20,000 nucleotides of DNA from an uncultured virus (IMG/VR IMGVR_UViG_3300035704_000005) (taxonomy: Duplodnaviria; Heunggongvirae; Uroviricota; Caudoviricetes), in IMG/VR virus record IMGVR_UViG_3300035704_000005; one strand, given 5' to 3'. Each line of letters opens with the position of its first letter. Position 1 is the first letter of the stretch. The position numbers were made by a program, and so were the translations under genes. The notes under the pieces were generated by a model. The model was not told the origin of the DNA. It saw nothing but the letters and a program-made list of their open reading frames with translations, and did no database searches. Positions 16,891 to 20,000 of the stretch are shown here, in pieces.

Positions 16891-17724
16891 TTATTTCTTC
16901 CTTGTGCGATATCTCCACTCAACCAATAAGGACGAGTTTTTACGTCGGTTGCAGCTAGGGCACGCGGGCAGTAAATTACCAATTGTGTGCTTGCCACCCC
17001 GAACTCTAGGGATCACGTGATCTTGCTCAATACATGGCGCGTACTTGCCACAATAAGCACAACAATGGTGATATCTATTAACTAACCGTTGCCAGTCATG
17101 AACAATAGACCATGCGGCCTTACTTCTGTTTTGGCGATTATGCTCGTTTCTAGCCGGACCGTACGCAATATGACGAACTTTGTACAAACATGGTTTACCA
17201 CAATACTTGGCTTTGAGATTAAGATGGTCTATCGAGTTACTGCACCCACTATGAGCACAAACACGACCAATTCGTGCCAATTTCTCGCCTTTATAAGGTG
17301 TGTTTTTGTACCAACCTCGGCAAGAACCACCACAGAATTTGATGCGATAATTAGCACCAGCCGATATAGATTTATTGCATGCTAAGCATTTACGGTTCAG
17401 TGCCCTAGTCATACCGGGGTGCTGATTGCCCCACTGCCTGCAATCAGCTGAGCAGTACTTCTGTCTCGTGTGGGCTAAATCAGAGATAGGAGCACAACAT
17501 GCTGCGCATTTCCTGCCGATAGCAGACAATGGGCGATTACGTGCTTTACTTTCTTGTTCGTGCCGATGTGCGCATGTCCGGCACCAGACTTGCAACCCAT
17601 CCCATAATCGAGATGAACGGTTATACTCATATAAACGACACCATTTCAAACACTTAGCGCATTGTTTACCTTCTTCGCCAAGTTGCCAGTAGTGCTCTCG
17701 CCGCTCTCGTGTACTCTGACTCAT
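16891..17724 (-). CDS. Free-standing HNH endonuclease with tandem zinc fingers (putative homing endonuclease)
   Basis: C-terminal CAYCG...DHVIP..RGG.HTIGNLLPACPSCN..K; four upstream Cys4 modules; low GC (24/60 in 17341-17400 versus 38/60 in 18241-18300). Confidence 0.9.
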   Translation of the reverse strand: MSQSTRERREHYWQLGEEGKQCAKCLKWCRLYEYNRSSRLWDGLQVWCRTCAHRHEQESKARNRPLSAIGRKCAACCAPISDLAHTRQKYCSADCRQWGNQHPGMTRALNRKCLACNKSISAGANYRIKFCGGSCRGWYKNTPYKGEKLARIGRVCAHSGCSNSIDHLNLKAKYCGKPCLYKVRHIAYGPARNEHNRQNRSKAAWSIVHDWQRLVNRYHHCCAYCGKYAPCIEQDHVIPRVRGGKHTIGNLLPACPSCNRRKNSSLLVEWRYRTRKK

Positions 17725-17725
17725 G

Positions 17726-17789
17726 TCAGACCTGCTCTCTCAGGTTTGATGCTTGAGCCCCGGCAAGTGCAGCGAACACTTGCCGGGGC
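17726..17789 (-). promoter_or_regulatory. Two stem-loops in the HNH leader; the second occludes the RBS
   Basis: Perfect 13-bp inverted repeat at 17757-17769/17777-17789 (7-nt loop), and a 9-bp stem with one mismatch at 17726-17734/17741-17749 ending 1 nt before the ATG. Confidence 0.7.
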
Positions 17790-17819
17790 CTTACGCCACT
17801 ACCCTATCACGCCCTGTGA

Positions 17820-18785
17820 TCAGCTGGCCGAGGCAGAGCCGGTAGCCAGCACGCCGAACGGGAATCTCGTTGCTGAGGTGGCGTTGAGATTGGTAACGGG
17901 GTTGGCAGTTGCGTATGCCATCCGCATTACCACGCGCATTATCTGCCCGTCTTGTTGAGCCGCGTTATAAATAACCTTACCGGTGTCATCTACGATCACA
18001 CCTTGGTCAAACATTTTGAAGGTTATATCTTGCCGTGTCCCGGCAATGGCCATTGACCAGTCGCCAAGAAGAAGATCCGCAACGGTCGGATCCCAGGACC
18101 CGTTGCTTACTTCCTGAAGCGGGTAACCGTAGAGACTACCCCCACGGCCGTTCTGGAGATCCGGCATGTAGATCGGCTCACCAGACCCGCTCGAACGGAC
18201 ACGCAGCAGGCGCCATTTGAACCCAGGCCGGATCAACCAACCATTGATGTTGGTGTAGCCGTCCAGAGAAACCCGCTCGGCCAACGAAGCCACGGCCGCC
18301 GGGATGTCCGGGCTTGAATCCGTGATGATGTTGCCCGCAGCGATAGCCGCCGGGATGATGGCTGCTGGCCACGTAGACGGCTTATTCACTCCGAACAACG
18401 TTGCCGAGTCAACGGCCTTGCCCAGAGCCTCAACCAGCCTCGGCCGTACTTCATCCCACAACGGAATGTTGGTATCAGCGAGGTAGGCATCGGGAATCGG
18501 GACTAGCGCGGCCAGCTCTTCGACAACCAGCGTGACATTCTTCCACTGCAACGCCGTCGTCTGCTTCAAACCGCTATCACCAGACACCCAGTAAGCCTGG
18601 GGCAAGACGTCGAGCACGGGCAGCCGATTGGTGCGGGTAGACATCGGCACGGTGCGTGCCATCTTGAGGAAGGCCGACTGCTCGGGCAACTGCTGGATAA
18701 TATCCTCCGACAATGGCTCCGGCACCAGCGGGTCAGTGCTGTACGGAGGCGAGCCGCGGTTAATTCCAGTATTGTATGTGGGCAT
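17820..18785 (-). CDS. Major capsid protein (HK97 fold)
   Basis: 321 aa; LVPE..S..II..L.EQS, A.WV.G..G.K, ELA.LVPI, L..ALG...D...LFG, G.LYGYP, LLGDWS, D....R..MR motifs; AAGGAG RBS; follows the scaffold gene. Confidence 0.95.
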   Translation of the reverse strand: MPTYNTGINRGSPPYSTDPLVPEPLSEDIIQQLPEQSAFLKMARTVPMSTRTNRLPVLDVLPQAYWVSGDSGLKQTTALQWKNVTLVVEELAALVPIPDAYLADTNIPLWDEVRPRLVEALGKAVDSATLFGVNKPSTWPAAIIPAAIAAGNIITDSSPDIPAAVASLAERVSLDGYTNINGWLIRPGFKWRLLRVRSSGSGEPIYMPDLQNGRGGSLYGYPLQEVSNGSWDPTVADLLLGDWSMAIAGTRQDITFKMFDQGVIVDDTGKVIYNAAQQDGQIMRVVMRMAYATANPVTNLNATSATRFPFGVLATGSASAS

Positions 18786-18811
18786 GCTGTACCCATCTCC
18801 TTATATGAAAG

Positions 18812-18831
18812 ACAGGGCTAGCGTGCCCTGT
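18812..18831 (-). terminator. 7-bp stem-loop with weak U-rich tail between scaffold and capsid genes
   Basis: Minus strand ACAGGGC-ACGCTA-GCCCTGT followed by CTTTCATAT. Confidence 0.35.
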
Positions 18832-18833
18832 AA

Positions 18834-19418
18834 TTAGTGACTTCCGAACCCAGCGAGTCCGCGCAGCAATTCATCCCGAGACCGTTGCGGCGGAGGAGTG
18901 GTGCGAGTGCCCTGCTTGAAATCAGGGGCACCTTGTTTTCCGGGCTTGAGCCGGTCGGCTAGTTTCTTTGCCTGCTCCGCAGCTTCGTCTTCATCAGCCG
19001 CAGTAATAAACTCGGCCATTTCTGGATCTAGTCCAGCACTGGCTGCGGCTGTGCGCCGGATTCTCTCTACCCGTAGCTCCTGCAACTCAATGGACTGTGC
19101 CGCAAGTCGATCATTGAGCTTCTGTGTCTCTGACTTCTGATCTTCCTGTAGTTTGTCGTAGGCCCCAGCTTTCTTCTTCAGGTCATCATAATCAGAGAAT
19201 TTGCTGCGCTCCCGCTTGACACGATCAGCGACAATCTTGTCTACCTCAGCCTGAGTAAGCGTCTTGCCTTTATCCTCGGCCTCCTGCCTGACATCTTCCT
19301 CATGCTGCTGACGAGTGGTGTCTTCTCGTCCTTCCTTCCCACCATTGTTCTGCTGACTCTGCTGCGCGGTATCTTGCTGTCCATCACCCTCAGTTGAGGT
19401 ATCATTCTCATCAGCCAT
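18834..19418 (-). CDS. Capsid scaffolding protein
   Basis: 194 aa; acidic disordered N-terminus, TLTQAEVDKIVADRVKRER.K..DYDDLK.KA..YD coiled coil, C-terminal helix; directly upstream of MCP. Confidence 0.9.
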   Translation of the reverse strand: MADENDTSTEGDGQQDTAQQSQQNNGGKEGREDTTRQQHEEDVRQEAEDKGKTLTQAEVDKIVADRVKRERSKFSDYDDLKKKAGAYDKLQEDQKSETQKLNDRLAAQSIELQELRVERIRRTAAASAGLDPEMAEFITAADEDEAAEQAKKLADRLKPGKQGAPDFKQGTRTTPPPQRSRDELLRGLAGFGSH

Positions 19419-19507
19419 GATTTGTACCTTTCCCGTTTATAGTCCGTCGACAAATCACCGGCTCTTGAGCGTGGCCGTCACGCACCCCTACTGAGTTGCA
19501 GGGGAAG

Positions 19508-19747
19508 TCATTTTTTCGCAGTGTCCCAGCGACCGATGGCTTCCATCATGAGAACCTCGCTGGCATTCGAGGTGGGGTATTCCATACCCGGGGCATGCGC
19601 GGCTGCCCGGTAGTAGCACCACATCACTAATTCATGCGGGAGGTGCCAGGCAACCCAACGCACTACTTTCTCCCGTCGCTTCCGAATCTGATAATGTCGG
19701 TCGAGCCACATTATCTGCAAGCGATTCAGCTTCACTTGTTGCTCCAT
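19508..19747 (-). CDS. Small Trp-rich hypothetical phage protein
   Basis: 79 aa from ATG 19747, TGATG-coupled to the upstream gene, AGGGGG RBS. Confidence 0.65.
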   Translation of the reverse strand: MEQQVKLNRLQIMWLDRHYQIRKRREKVVRWVAWHLPHELVMWCYYRAAAHAPGMEYPTSNASEVLMMEAIGRWDTAKK

Positions 19748-19992
19748 CAAACCCCCTGATTACGCATAAAGCCGTCTGGTTTCCAATTATCTGGGATCTT
19801 GCCCAGCTTGCCGAGGCGCCGGGCATGCTTATAAACATGCTTGCGCTCTTCTGGGGTCTGAGCCAGATGTATAGCACTTTCTACATCCTGGCCGTCATCG
19901 ATAGGGAACCGCGGCGGGCCACCATCCTTGCCCGGCAGAGCTTTGCCCTGCTTGAGCAAATCCTCTCGCTGCTGGGTGTTGTAATTGCCCAT
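19747..19992 (-). CDS. Small head-region protein (G.ALP..G.FPI...D...AI...H...ARRLG...IPDNW family; possibly DUF6582-related)
   Basis: 81 aa; an in-frame TAA two codons upstream of the ATG shows it is stand-alone. Motif recalled from actinophage head-morphogenesis regions. Confidence 0.65.
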   Translation of the reverse strand: MGNYNTQQREDLLKQGKALPGKDGGPPRFPIDDGQDVESAIHLAQTPEERKHVYKHARRLGKLGKIPDNWKPDGFMRNQGV

Positions 19993-20000
19993 TGTTTATC

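Noticed and set aside
16889..16918. Longer start for the glycosyltransferase
   Set aside because: Overlaps the HNH 3' end; ATG at 16888 has an AAGGAAG RBS and begins the typical MRVL first strand.
16891..17819. HNH plus structured RNA considered as a group I intron or IscB/omega-RNA system
   Set aside because: The flanking genes are intact and uninterrupted, the non-coding leader is only about 95 nt, and no RuvC or PLMP motifs are visible.

Overview
The window is almost entirely the late (virion and lysis) operon of a tailed siphovirus or prophage, encoded on the minus strand. The likely host is an actinomycete, inferred from the DUF1906-type endolysin, the SLT-tipped tape measure and the gene styles. 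In transcription order (right to left): two small head-region genes, scaffold, HK97-fold major capsid, a low-GC multi-zinc-finger HNH endonuclease, a GT4-type glycosyltransferase, head-tail adaptor, an Acb2-like (anti-CBASS sponge) protein, head closure, an antisense membrane-protein gene, neck protein, tail terminator, major tail protein, tail assembly chaperones with a -1 frameshift, tape measure, Dit, two minor tail proteins, a 1092-aa repeat-containing protein with a C-terminal hub (Tal-like) domain, a His-rich spike with an S74 chaperone, and a lysis cassette running off the left edge. The most notable points are: (i) a glycosyltransferase next to capsid and tail-tube genes whose products both end in Ser, suggesting virion glycosylation; (ii) an Acb2-like gene in the neck module; (iii) an unannotated 26-aa cationic amphipathic peptide gene directly before the endolysin; (iv) an inverted Tal architecture with 13 GPxG repeats. 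All family calls come from motif recognition and synteny, not database searches.
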